Notes: generated by a model not told the origin, from the sequence alone. A stretch of DNA of 63,827 nucleotides, filler included, from Neolecta irregularis DAH-3 (GCA_001929475.1; 4 parts of 4 records of this genome joined end to end with filler, not necessarily neighbours in it), one strand, 5' to 3'. Positions 51,399-63,414 are shown, numbered from the whole stretch's first letter. Numbers and translations: made by a program.

Positions 51399-53089
51399 AT
51401 GACTGACTTAGCTGGCTTAAATCTTACAACCTTAATTAAGCGGTGGTTTTATTGTGATAATCAAAGCCTAATCAATTAGGCTCGAAGCAGCAACTTCGCG
51501 ACTGGAAGATCTCGCTGAGGGGCCGGTCCTGAATCCAGCGAGCAGCAATCCTCAATTATCGGATTCAGTAGACCCATCTACACGAGAAGATCCTACAGAA
51601 CATACTAGTGAACTGTCTCCTGTGCTTGCCGATTTCGATACCTTGGTTACGGAAGACTTATCGAAATACCTACTGTTATCGAAAGAAATAGGGGATGTGG
51701 TCAATTCTCAGGTATCACCGCTAAATAATAGCGAGCTCAAGTATTTAGGCCCAAATGGTGCAAATGGTGTTCTTGGAGCAGAGGAGATTTTTGGAATTGG
51801 TCGTTAAAGCCAAGAAAGTTGATATGGCCGATCCATTTTTCACCGAGTTGATTAAACCTATTCAAGGGGCCATGGTTGCAACTATTCAATATAGAGAAAA
51901 GCATCGGGCTAGTACTTTATACGATCATCTCTCTACTGTTGGAGAAGGCATACCTGCTTTGGGCTGGGTGGCAATGGAACCAACCCCTGCTCTCTTCGTG
52001 GGCGAGATGAAGGACGCGGCTGAATATTGGGGAAACAGAGTTATCAAGGAATACAAAAACAAGTATTCGACTCAAAGTCGGTTGCTTACTTGAAGGAATC
52101 TGAAACATGTCGAGTGGGCTCAAAGTTTTATTCATGTTCTTGCATGTCTTCGATGTTACGTCAAAGTGCACCACACAGCAGGATTGAAATGGGACCCAAA
52201 TGTCTATTCGTTCTTGTACAATAAAAACTAATCGTTTCTAGGGAGGCGATGCACGAACTCTTCGAAAAAACACTCCTGCAAATACTACTATACCCTCCAG
52301 AACTCTGCCTCCACCGGGCCCTCCGCCTCCACCTCCTTTTCTGGTTGTTGATGAAGCACCTGCAGCACCAAATGTCTCAGGAGACATGAATGCTGTGTTT
52401 TCCCAGATCAACCAAGGCACAGCTGTCACAGCGGGACTCCGTAAAGTTGACAAATCTGAAATGGTCCATAAGAATCCCGAATTACGGACACTCCCACCCA
52501 TTCGCCGGAAGTCTAGTCCTGGTCCGGGCGTTCCCAAGAAACCATCTAGCCTGAAACGAAAATGCCAGGGGCTCCCAATTAAAGAACTCGACGGGAATAA
52601 ATGGATCGTGGAGAACTTTGATGATAACCAGAAAATTATCTTGGATCAAACGGAGAGAAACCATGTTGTTCAAATTGCGAATTGCGAAAAATCGACTATC
52701 AAAATCGTGGGGAAAATTAATGCTGTCTCGATTGGTATTAATCTTAAATAACGTCTACTAACCGAAAAGCATGTTGCTCAAAACTGGGAATTGTAGTCGA
52801 CAGCCTCGTCGCAACTCTTGAATTAATTAGATGTAAAGACTTTAGTCTTCAAATCACTGGAAAAGTCCCCACAGTTCTCGTTGACCAGTGTAATGCTGGC
52901 CAGATTTATCTGAGTCCAGAAACGCTAGACGTTGAAATAATTACTAGTTCATCGACTGGCATTAACGTTCAAGTCCCGAACCAAGGAGAGGAAGGAAATG
53001 AATTTGCGGAGCGGGCTGTCCCTGAACAAATCAAAGTTATTGTTGTAGATGGAAAGTTAGTCAGCAGCGTTGTCGAACATGTCGGATAG
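51399..53089 (+). CDS. SRV2: Adenylyl cyclase-associated protein
   Basis: LIKR|LEAATSRLED, HLSTVGEGIPALGWV, polyproline, GLRKVDKSEMVHKNPELR, CARP C-term ERAVPEQIK. Confidence 0.96.
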
Positions 53090-53314
53090 AGATACATCAG
53101 AATCTATTCGAATTGAATAAATCGTCTTTGGAAAGGGAATATGAACATCATGAGGCCCTTGCTGTTTCAGAGCACGAGTATCACATGTTATCAAACCCGA
53201 AGTGTTCCATTTGCTAAAGGCAGATGTTTAAAATTAGAATCACATCTTAATACAAAAGATCCAGGCTCTAAACAGTCGCCAAAGGAGAGCTACACTAGAT
53301 ATATTTAGTGGATT

Positions 53315-53845
53315 TCATAGCACGGATTTTGTACTTTCTTGGCAGTAAGATCCGGGAATCCGTATTTTCAAAGAAAAATCTGTTTCGTCTGGAATCGTTT
53401 GGGTAGAGACTGCGAACGGTTTAAAATGAGTAGATGCTGCTGACGCATTGTCAGTCTTCATGAATGATGTCGAAAGGTCTTCCTCTGGATCTATGGGCCC
53501 TCGGGTGCTGATTACATCTTCAATCTTGATATCTTGGAGAATCTCGATTGCGTCATTTCGAATATCCATTAAAACGCCTAGATGTCTAAATCCTGTGTCG
53601 ACAAGTACGACCAGTTCTTCGAAATCATTCTTTGCCCTCGATAACTGTTCGACTTCATAATACGCTTTTCCTCTTATTTGCAGGAGAACTATAGTTGTTT
53701 GAGGCCATGGCTTCCGCGTATATTCGAGTGCTCCAGTACATGCGTCAATACATTCCTGATATTCGCTATTTTCGTAGAGACGATCGACGGCTCGCGTTAC
53801 AGAATACCAAAATTTGGAGAGTGCAGTCACCATTTGGAGCGACAA
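53315..53845 (-). CDS. Small hypothetical protein with a TPR-like helical pair
   Basis: RLYENSEYQECIDACTGALE and LLQIRGKAYYEVEQLSRAKNDFEE are TPR-like; real ATG is probably ~53833. Confidence 0.5.
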   Translation of the reverse strand: MSLQMVTALSKFWYSVTRAVDRLYENSEYQECIDACTGALEYTRKPWPQTTIVLLQIRGKAYYEVEQLSRAKNDFEELVVLVDTGFRHLGVLMDIRNDAIEILQDIKIEDVISTRGPIDPEEDLSTSFMKTDNASAASTHFKPFAVSTQTIPDETDFSLKIRIPGSYCQESTKSVL

Positions 53846-54196
53846 AGAAAGAAATGACTTTAATTTATAACCTGCTGCAGGGATTCAACTTAATGACCTG
53901 GTGTTTGAAGGCGCATTCTTGGACGTCTGCGGGCACCGAGGCTAAATCAGTGAAACGGTGCGAAAGAGACAATATAAATGTGTGCGACTGAAAAGAGTAC
54001 ACGACAAAAGACCACATTTACCACAAAGTTCGTGCTAAAATAAACGGCGCCAGCCTAATCAGAATTGAATTTAACGTTGTCTGCCCATCATGAACCACAA
54101 TGAATTTGCTAAATTAAACATCCCAAATTTCAATCATGTTTAATCTATCAATTGAGAGGAGTCGCTATAATGTTAGAGGTAGAGAAATAAATCAAT

Positions 54197-55411
54197 TTAG
54201 CACTCAGGGAAGAATCTAATCCAGCTGGCTGTAAGAATTTTGCCATCAGTTATGCCAAGACAAAGTAAGATGAACATACCCTGAAAATGATGCACCGCCA
54301 ATATCCTGGGATCGCTCAGAGGAGGGCTATTTGAATGGCGTTGACCCGCACCAAATGCCCAGATCGGGTATATCATTAAATCTCCAAAAATGATTGGTTC
54401 ATCTTGGTTGTGTAACTCATCTTTGACATCGAACGTAGGATGAAATCTTTTGTGAACCCATTCGATAAGAACAGACGTCATAAAATCTGGCCCTGTCATA
54501 TGACCAACATTGATATTCTTATTGAATTGCGCGTGATGTCGAATTGTAACAGCTGAATCGACCAGCCGGGCTATCATTTCTAATAATGCCGGATGCCCAG
54601 CTTTGGCGGCAAAAATGTATTGAGTGAGACAACGACGATGATTATTCTCATTCCAATCCCCGTGCTTCTTGTCTTCGAGATTGCTTCCTTTCTCGTTCCA
54701 ATCCATCTCCATCCCAGTGATGAATCCAACATCTGTGCCATTTGCTGGAGCAAGCCAATCGTTAAAGTGTTTTTTCGCAGTTGTGTCGATATCGGCCCAA
54801 ATTCCACCGCGAATATATATAAGCAAATATCGAACGAAGTCAGCTTTAAATATTCTCCGAACACTTAGAATATCAAAATACGCATTATTAATCTCGGGAA
54901 GATTATTATCAAGACAGAAGCGTTCGACAAAGATATCTACTTGTTCGTCAGAGAGGAACAAATGTTCAAAATCAGGCATGATATTATCCCATGAAAGGTA
55001 CTTGTCATCTGAAATAATATCTGGCTCGCGCCATGTTTGAGATATTCGCTTCGTCCAGGGCTCCGATGGCGAATAAGGAATTGCCTTCCGTAGCCGATCT
55101 CGAAGATTGCCCTTGAAGTTGTTCCAGTCCACCCCGATTGGCTCATTCTCAGCATACGAAGGAACATAGCCGCCCCTTGTAATGTTTGTTGACTGGCGAC
55201 CTCCCGGAGTTGTTCCACGCCCCATTGCGACTGAACTGCTCCCATAATTCCAACTGTACCTATATGACTGAGAGTCTGGGCTCTGGGAGGCTTTTGGTAA
55301 TGCATCGTTGTATTGGTGGCTGTGGATGTACAATATAACGCCCACAAGCAACAGTAACAAGGCCAGGACGACAGATTTTATAGCCTGTCGCAGTAAAAAC
55401 ACAGGAAACAT
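54197..55411 (-). CDS. GT32 alpha-1,6-mannosyltransferase (Och1/Hoc1-like)
   Basis: N-terminal type II TM; RISQTW, KADFVRYLLIYIRGGIWADIDT (DxD), TGPDFMT, HHFQG. Confidence 0.9.
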   Translation of the reverse strand: MFPVFLLRQAIKSVVLALLLLLVGVILYIHSHQYNDALPKASQSPDSQSYRYSWNYGSSSVAMGRGTTPGGRQSTNITRGGYVPSYAENEPIGVDWNNFKGNLRDRLRKAIPYSPSEPWTKRISQTWREPDIISDDKYLSWDNIMPDFEHLFLSDEQVDIFVERFCLDNNLPEINNAYFDILSVRRIFKADFVRYLLIYIRGGIWADIDTTAKKHFNDWLAPANGTDVGFITGMEMDWNEKGSNLEDKKHGDWNENNHRRCLTQYIFAAKAGHPALLEMIARLVDSAVTIRHHAQFNKNINVGHMTGPDFMTSVLIEWVHKRFHPTFDVKDELHNQDEPIIFGDLMIYPIWAFGAGQRHSNSPPLSDPRILAVHHFQGMFILLCLGITDGKILTASWIRFFPEC

Positions 55412-55581
55412 TCTACCACGGAGAGTGATCTTTTGTGGTAAGGCTGCNNNNNNNNNNCAGCCTGTCGCAGTAAAAACACAGGAAACATTCTACCACGGAG
55501 AGTGATCTTTTGTGGTAAGGCTGCGTGTATGATGTGACCCAGGTAGGAATAAGACTAAGGTTTAAGCTCTGCGGCGATTTA

Positions 55582-56155
55582 ACTGACACCCCCCGAAACC
55601 CGCCACCCCAAAAAGAATTGCACGACACATATATTTGCCTACCCAATGTTCTATTCAAAGTTTAGCTGGCATTCAAATATGCAGCTGTCCATACTAGCTC
55701 TTTCTAATGCCTTTGCTGTTTTTTAGCCTCTAATTCTGGTGCTCTAGCTACGAATTTTGCCCTTAGTTGAGTTGCTTCATCAATCACCTGTTGAATATTT
55801 TCAATATTGCAAAATCAGCTATTTGGGTCAATTGGAACTCTTTTCTGTACCTTCTTGTCCTGGAGCTCCTGGATAATTGATTTCTGCTGTTCAATAACTG
55901 ATTCTTGCCAAGCTTGTTTAGCATTAAGCTGTCCAATTTCCTTCCCAGCTTTGCCCAAGAGAATCCTATTCTCCCAAGTTAATTATTGCTGCTTATTGAA
56001 GCTTTCCATAGCAAAATATATTTGTTGGGACCTTTTAGGAGTATGAAAAAGGTTGATATCAAGTGAATTTCAGAATCACTGAGCTTGTGAAGTGGTTGGT
56101 GGAACATTTGGTTGATTCTTGATTTGGGATGATTGTAAGGAGCGCACTTGGGTGG
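55582..56155 (-). mobile_element. Decayed Fot1/pogo DNA transposon, 3' end
   Basis: Minus strand reads FHTPKRSQQI...RILLGKAGKEI...KKVQKRVPIDPNS*FCNIENI...IFECQL with stops and a frameshift, resembling a Fot1 transposase C-terminus; TA at 55580-55581 followed by TIR-like actgacaccccccgaaacccgccacccc. Confidence 0.75.
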
Positions 56156-56164
56156 TTAGTATGA

Positions 56165-56237
56165 ACGGACCCCCAAAAAAGCCCATGGACTGGGGTTTTT
56201 TAAAAAGTCCATGGACTTTGGTCCATCCACAACACTG
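56165..56237 (-). mobile_element. Terminus of a CAGTGTTG-ended DNA element (hAT-like)
   Basis: Reverse complement CAGTGTTGTGGATGGACCAAAGTCCATGGACTTTTT...CCATGGGC; related to 17722 and 62170. Confidence 0.55.
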
Positions 56238-56413
56238 TATGTCTCTCTCTCCTTGGCTCCCTTTGCAGAAAACCAGGCGCTATATGTAATTTTATTGTAA
56301 TTATGGGCCCAGAGTCTTTCAGGATATGAATAAGATCTCTAATTTGTCTCCTTTTCTCACTCAAAACCAGTGCTCCGAACACCCCACTCCGGGGGGGGGG
56401 GGGGGGGGGGGGG

Positions 56414-56513
56414 NNNNNNNNNNNNNNNNNNNNNNNNNNNNNNNNNNNNNNNNNNNNTTAATTAATTAANNNNNNNNNNNNNNNNNNNNNNNNNNNNNNN
56501 NNNNNNNNNNNNN
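56414..56513. other. Artificial contig-join linker
   Basis: N-TTAATTAATTAA-N. Confidence 0.97.
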
Positions 56514-57520
56514 GACTTGAAAGTACCTTCGAGTCATTCCAGCAAGACCGTATCCCATTAATTGAGTCGACAAAGCAAGCAAGAATTGGTAACCCCTGTC
56601 TGAGGCCCATTGCTGGTTCAAAAACATTGGAAGCCGTTGATTTATAAAGATTGAAGTCACATAAATACCACCAGGAGAGAACGAGACGTTACTAGATATC
56701 AGCTGAGAAAAGGTCAAAAGTGTACGCCATAATGGTAATAAGGATGTGTTCTTTATGATTAAACGGCCCGGGATTGAGTGACCATTCATATCCAAAAGTC
56801 TTGAATTTACGAGTAGGCAGTACCTTTTCAAAGAACTTGCCGCAAGGAAAAGCGATCAGTTGAATAACGACGGTGTCGATATAAATAGAAGGAAGACGAA
56901 TACTAAACAACTAGGGTGGTGAGTAAACCAAAGCTAAATAATAGACCTGATTCACTCCATTTCCGATAATTGTAAAGAATAACCCGATGAACCATGCTCT
57001 AAAGGTGTTGATTGGTAAAGATGGATCGTCTGTATTGTCGACAACAGCTCTGACTTCAGGGTATGGTGAATTTTCAAGAAGTGTAGCTGCTTCGAGTTTA
57101 ATTTCGTCGACAAGTTTTCGAATGTCATCAAATCCCTTGTCTGAGAATTCACTTTTCTCGGTATCTTGGAGTGCCTTTTCTATATTGCGGAGAAGGTGAT
57201 TGGGAAAGTATATATCGAAACTATATTAATGCAAGGTTTTCAGTATTAATACCGATGTTGGTCTAGAGTTTTCTTCAACAAGGCTCGAGCTTCGTCGATA
57301 TCAATTGCAGCAGCTGTTTCAAGGACATGCGGTTCCTTTAAATCGGCATCGGTCATTTCCAAATCACGTTCAATATTCTCTATTCGTTGGACATCAGATG
57401 GAGACTATTGCATGATCAGCGCGGTAGGGTAACTCGGACAGGTACCCGTTCAAAGTCGCAGAGAAATTCAACCGCATCTTGCTTCCCGTCGATATTCTCG
57501 AATGGTTTCCTGTCTGCCAT
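56514..57520 (-). CDS. OPT-family oligopeptide transporter, 5' part (3' end lost in gap)
   Basis: ENSPYPEVRAVVDNTDDPSLPINTFRAW, SLNPGPFNHKEHILITIMA, LSTQLMGYGLAGMTRR. Confidence 0.92.
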
Positions 57521-58271
57521 ACTCGAGAAACGATGGAGGGAGCAGAGCAACGCAAACGGCTTTAACTGTCAAGCGAAAGCAACTTAAATTCTGTGGCTTG
57601 CGATCTGATAAGTCATGCACCTCCCTTAAGCGATCATCTGCGCATTCTTATAATGCTGTACACCCAGACAATTTAGACTAATCTCTGTTTTCCATCGCGT
57701 GGATCGGAATTCCCGGTTGTACTATACACGAGTTTTTCGATTTCCGCGATAATGTGAATTAGAACAGTTGCAATCAAGGGTAATCGAGTCGAGACAATGC
57801 TTGCCTTAATCTTATCTGACTGTCTTGCACATGAAAAATGAAGGAGCCATACGCACAGATCACGCCTTTACTCGCAAGAGTTCCAGTAACGTGATTAGCC
57901 GAGGCAGGTATCTGCATGATGACCGAGCATGTTTGCAATGTCTAGCAAGATTCAATGACATCTCACGTGATTAAATAAAATATCGGTGCACAAGTGTAAA
58001 CATGCGGGGAAACGACAATATTGAATACTAATACTAGACAACCCTTGTCAAAAACAGAAAGAAAAGAAAAAGGAAAAACAACAAAGAGATGTTAAATGCA
58101 TCCACAAACAACTGGCCCAGTCAGTCAGTAACCCAACTTCAAATGAATTTGGTCAAGTGTCATCGTCCTACGACGACCGTCTTTAGGGCCGAACAGATCC
58201 AGGCCAACAATTCTTCTTCCAGAGCCTCGACAGGGGCAGGGGACATATCGATCCAATAACGAAGAGAACAG

Positions 58272-60644
58272 TTATCCATTTCTTTTTCGAACGACTTCTC
58301 GTTTAGCGCCTGATGGACTAAGCGTTTTAATTCCGCGGGCGGTAGCAATGATTCTCATGTTCCGATCTCCTGTGACCAAAACAACACTTTCAACAGAATC
58401 AGCAATATTCGCTTTTTCGCTGCAAAGTGTATTTTTCTGCTTTTGAGTGATTGCTGCATCGATGATTTTATCGTCAATGGTGCCTCTCTTTCCCTCCTCG
58501 GCTGAGAAATTTAAATCTTCAGAGCGAAAGAAAAGCGTATTCAATGCATTTCCTTTATGCGTAACGACACGGACACGATGAGCGTGTAAATAAGCTTCAA
58601 TGGTACTTATTGCGTTGACTGATGATGGGCCAAGTGGATCTGCTGAATTTTTCAACCCGTCAAGTTCAGTTATTACTAATCTAAGTCTCGCGGAAAGAAT
58701 ATAATTCATACCGATTAACGGGACCACGATTGTCCAGTTTCCGGAATCAACGGCTGCCTTTAAAATATCGAGGTGTGAGACTAGGATGTTTGTATCAAAC
58801 ATGAGAATCTACAGTTACTACCAGTGGCGAAAATATAAATACCGTCGCTCGAGGCACAATCTTTCCGAAACGAATTTTCTTTCCAACGGCTTTGATCTTT
58901 GTAATCCTACTCTGCTCCTTTTGTCCCAGGATAGCTCTCAATTCTCGTCGTCGTTCCTGAGAGTAAGTATAAACGCGGGAAAAAGAGTACTCTGAGTTGT
59001 CTGATTGCCTCGCTTTCTCCTTGTACGTTTTGTTCGTCGTCAATGTTACAAACGACATGCTCTTCCTCCTCTGATTCAGAATCTCGCGAAGAAATGAATT
59101 GGGTTTCGAGTTCCCTTTGTAATAATCGCACAGATAAAGTACTAGTAGTCTTGAATTTGACACCAACGACATCAAACACAAGGCCATCGTAATGCTGAGT
59201 AATTTCCTTTGCCAAAACAACGATTTTCTCAGTTTGGGAGAGAGGTGAGCCTGTTGATTGGAGATATTCAACTACCATTCCTTTAAATTCTTCATCCATA
59301 GGGTCACTTGTGCATCCATCATCGATTTCTCTTCCTGTGACGACTGAATTCAGAAATTCGAGGAGCGAGTTCCATTTTACTGCATGTTCAATTAAATGAA
59401 GCAAACCATACGTAGCGAGGTAGTGCATGTGGCGAAGACACATGTATATCGCTCCACAGGCCTCTTTAGAAGAATGCTGACAAGCGAGATCAAGAATTTC
59501 AAAGAGGAATTGTGAGGATTTCTCAAGGACAATGTCAATTGCAGATTCAACTTGTAATTGAGCATGAGGATTTTCTGGAACAGAAGAAATTTCCGACGAT
59601 GCAAGAGGGGGTAATATGTCGTCGTCGTCAAATACATCATCGGAATGTAGTTCAACTGAGCAACTCGACATTTGTCGCTGGATATATAATTTCGAAGTTG
59701 GGGCTCCGAAATTCCAGAGTGCAGAGATTGTGATGAATAAGACTTGTTGCACACGGTTCCAATTTGAAGAGTCGAAAAGGAGGATAAAGTCATCTACCAC
59801 TGCATCGAAATCATCCAATTCGATGCGCAAGAACAATGCTTTTAAAACGGCGATGAAGGAATTGTATAATGGATCTGTGCACGGGACTTGGTCTGTTGAC
59901 AATGAGGGATCAAAGACTGTTAGTATGGATTCCTTTGAAGGGGAAAAGGGTTTTCGGGCAAAGAGACTGGGGTTATAAATAAAAACAAGGGGAGGGGCAC
60001 CTTTTTGTGTAGTTTATGATTTTCTGCCAGTCTGATTCGAGGATGGCGAGATGGTGCCATAGACGGCCCTTTTCTGGTTTTCTTTCGACGCCTTTGAGGT
60101 ACCATTCTTTTGCAATGTCTGCCCAGTGGTCTCTGTCTTCTGGGTCGTCGTGTTCTATAGCGACGCGGTATCTGGAGAGATCGCCGAGGGTTTCTGACCA
60201 ATCAAAGAGGAGGTTCATTTCTACGAGGGTGGTGAGGTTGCCGTAGACGTGGAGGATAAAAGTGGACATTTGGTCTTTGGTGTCTGGAAGATGTGGGCGG
60301 AGGAGGTCGAGGTATGCAAGGATGCCTGTGTCCCAGAGACGGGCAGGGATTTTGTATTTGAGGGGGAGGTTGTGGATGGGCTGGGTGGCGGAGGGATGGT
60401 TGCAGAGGGAGAGGAAGACGACAAACTGCTGGACGAGTCTAGGGTCAGAGGGGCGGGGGGAGAGTGGTACTCTTCGTGGAGATTGCCGAGCCGGGCGGCG
60501 AGGGGGAAGGCGAGCGGGGGGGCGAGGTGGGCGTGTTCTCTGTGGAGGAGCTTTTCGAGGTCGCAGGCGGCGGCATAGGCCTTTCTGATGTGGGCGATGA
60601 GGAGGTCTGTGGAGACGGGACAGGGGTCTGGGTGGCGGGGGACA
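58272..60644 (-). CDS. EST1/SMG6-like protein with C-terminal PIN domain, 5' end lost in gap
   Basis: WSETLGDLSRYRVAIE...GRLWHHLAIL (EST1/14-3-3-like); PIN motifs FDTNIL, VITELDGLK, DDKII, VLVTGDRNMRIIA. Confidence 0.88.
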
Positions 60645-60744
60645 NNNNNNNNNNNNNNNNNNNNNNNNNNNNNNNNNNNNNNNNNNNNTTAATTAATTAA
60701 NNNNNNNNNNNNNNNNNNNNNNNNNNNNNNNNNNNNNNNNNNNN
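60645..60744. other. Artificial contig-join linker
   Basis: N-TTAATTAATTAA-N. Confidence 0.97.
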
Positions 60745-61258
60745 AGACTTTAGAGCTTCCTTGTCACCTTTGAACACCACCACAAGCTGTTCAGGGACAA
60801 TATTTTCGAAAATATCTTTAAGTGAAAATGGGCCAGCAATAGAATCAGCAATAATATCCTTGGAAAGCTTATATTGCATGACATATTGTAGTTTTTGGGC
60901 CCACAGATAACCCTCACGGCTTAAATCACGATCAGGAACGTTTGATAATAACAGACAATCAAAATTTTGGAACCATGGAGTTGGCTGATTCCACGTTTGT
61001 GATATTTGGAATGCTTTGCAAGATTCTGGGTGATATCAATGAGTGTCCCGAAATGGAAATGGTACTAGTTTTCAAGCACTTTCGAGCACAGCCATCATGA
61101 GCCTCTGATCCATGCACAATGTCGAAGAATCCGTCTCCAAGAACCGCAGAGTTACTGGAGGAAATTAAAGTAGGAAGTTTTTCATGAACAAAGATGTCTT
61201 GTAGAAAGTGGGCTCCAGCTATCGAAATGATGGCACAAAGGAACAACGCGAGACTCAT
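60745..61258 (-). CDS. Secreted protein with PAN/apple-like cysteine motif, copy A (3' end lost in gap)
   Basis: Signal peptide MSLALFLCAIISIAGA; after intron 61026-61065 reads CARKCLKTKSCKAFQI...FDCLLL. Confidence 0.65.
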
Positions 61259-61536
61259 TGCTTCTAGTCGACGAAGAGGGTTCGAGCTGCAGGAATGATG
61301 ATGAGAGAACAGAAGTACAGAAAAACACCTGCTAGATATTTTTCAAGAGGCAAGAGATTTTGCATTGTCTTTCTTGTCAGTGAGACAGGATTCTGAAATT
61401 CGGATAAAGAAATTAAATTGAGGTTAAGAATTGATCTGTACGGAGATTTGTGACCGATGAAACATGTGTTTTTATATTGGGCCAGCCCCTCTTGCTTTGT
61501 AGATCTATAGAGGGAGGATTGGACACTTGTAGTATA

Positions 61537-61695
61537 TGTTACCAATGCAGCTGGTGGCGTAGAATGATATAAGGGTAATTAGATTAGAAGTATATAAAGA
61601 CGGAAAGAGGACATATCTAACCTAAGCTCTAAGGTCCACTTATCTTGATTAGATTAGGAACATTATCTATTCTTATTTGTAGCCGAACTTCAACA
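61537..61695. mobile_element. Possible solo LTR (TGTT...AACA)
   Basis: TG...CA termini with 4-bp inverted ends and internal tatataaa; no matching TSD. Confidence 0.3.
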
Positions 61696-62044
61696 CTTAC
61701 AGATATTATGCTCTCTCAAATGCCCAGGGGATGTGAATACATGCAAGTATTGCAACTCCAGTACAAAAAAGACCAGGTTTATGGCTGATAATGAGTCCTC
61801 TGGACCAAGACTAGATGATGGCGTGTAGGAAGGGTGTTGTGGAAAAGCAAGGATATTGTGTTGATCCTGTAGAGGCTGCACATGCATAGCAATTGGTATA
61901 TCCTACAACATAGTTGGTGCTGCAAACAAAATTGAAGGTGTACTCCATGTTGGGTCAATTGATACATCAGCAATTGATCAAACTTATGAAAGTTCATGTT
62001 TGAGAACTATTTTCATGACTGCGTGATAAATCCCTACAATCTAA

Positions 62045-62170
62045 TGTCACGTGATACGGCACATTAGGCTCTTGGACCATGGGCCGGGCTTTTTCCATAG
62101 TCCAGTTCATGGACTTTATCCATGGTCTGTCAATGGACTGGATTAAGTCCATGGTCCATCCGCAACATTG
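62045..62170 (-). mobile_element. Terminus of a CAGTGTTG-type DNA element with ccatgg/catggac subterminal repeats
   Basis: Reverse complement CAATGTTGCGGATGGACCATGGAC...aaaagcccggcccatgg matches 17722 and 56237. Confidence 0.55.
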
Positions 62171-62328
62171 TGGGAGGATTAGTATGCCGGTTGCCTGCCG
62201 GAAAAATCCGAACTGTCCGTCTGCCGGAGCCTCTCTGGCGGGTTGGGCCTCTCCGCCGGATTTTTATGCCCCCCGCCTTCACCAAGAGATCAAACCACCC
62301 ACCTGGAGAAAGAATTGCCAAAGGTTAT

Positions 62329-62544
62329 TGTAAGGATATACCCTTTGGGTATATCTTACCAATACGGCAAGGTGACTTGACGGGAAGTATATCAAGGCGA
62401 GCCAAGTACGAATACTTAGGCTAGGTATGTCCCTTTGTAAGAAGTACGAATACTTAGGCTAGGTATGTCCCTTTGTAAGAAGTACGAATAGTTAGGCTAG
62501 TTATAACACTTGGTCTTATTGTACTTCTAAGCGCATAGCTTACA
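62329..62544. mobile_element. Solo LTR with 5-bp target-site duplication
   Basis: Perfect TGTAAG...CTTACA ends; GTTAT on both flanks; internal 38-bp tandem repeat x2.5 (62404-62500). Confidence 0.85.
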
Positions 62545-63009
62545 GTTATAGGTGATTATTCCGAAAGAGAGCGGATGGTTGTAAAAGTATTAAAGAGCAC
62601 TATATTATGACTGGCCGTTTTGGCGTGGTTGAGCATGTGTACCACAGGCCCAATCGAGCGGGCTAACCCCACGGCCCATCTACAACACTATTACCGTCGC
62701 GCTCACCTATAATCAACCAACCTATTACAACTCTACTACAACTCAGAAATCCCCACAAAGCTAAAACTCCAAGCTGCATGTGACACTCTCATGGGCGAGA
62801 CGCATCCTTAAAGCTGTCTCAGAAAGTCTCAGAGTTTATAACCAAAAGTTGAGATCAGAAATCAGGAAAACCGAGAAATTGCACCGTTTGGACACCTGTG
62901 ATTGCCACTCGGCTCAAGATTTATCCTAGATCAAGCTGTTTTGGACCTGGAGATACCAGTTGGATATCTTGCAATTCCAAAATTACGTCTCAGATTGACT
63001 CTGGAAACA

Positions 63010-63270
63010 GCATGTCACACGCAGGTTGTAGTTGTAGCGTCTTTGAGGTTTTAAGTTTCTGGAAACATAGAGGAAAAAGAGGGAAAAGAGGAAAACGATT
63101 CCTTGATTCTTAGTGGGATGGATAGAGCATTATCCAACCGTCCTACAAATGTGCAGATACAGGACTACTTATAGATTTCCAAGAATGAGCCACGTTATTG
63201 TAGTAAAATCAAGGAAGAGAAAACCCATCAGATAACCAGAAAATACCACGTGTATGAGTTTCTTGCGACA
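63010..63270. repeat. Dispersed non-coding repeat, copy 2
   Basis: Co-linear similarity to 22030-22300. Confidence 0.8.
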
Positions 63271-63414
63271 AGCAGCCTCAACTTTCGAGCCCTATTCCGT
63301 CGTCACTATCTCTCAGTGGCAGCCATGGGCTGAGACATGTTTGGCCTGGTTAGCATTAAATGGGTGTTCTCTCGTCATTCCTGCAGTTCGAACCCTCTTC
63401 ATCGACTAAAAGCA

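Noticed and set aside
55382-55523. 66-bp exact direct repeat flanking a 10-N gap
   Set aside because: Typical unmerged contig overlap at a scaffold gap; assembly artefact
56385-56413. Poly-G run, possible G-quadruplex
   Set aside because: Lies at a contig end; may be a sequencing or assembly artefact
62404-62500. 38-bp repeats resembling a CRISPR array
   Set aside because: Head-to-tail with no spacers, inside an LTR, eukaryotic context, no cas genes
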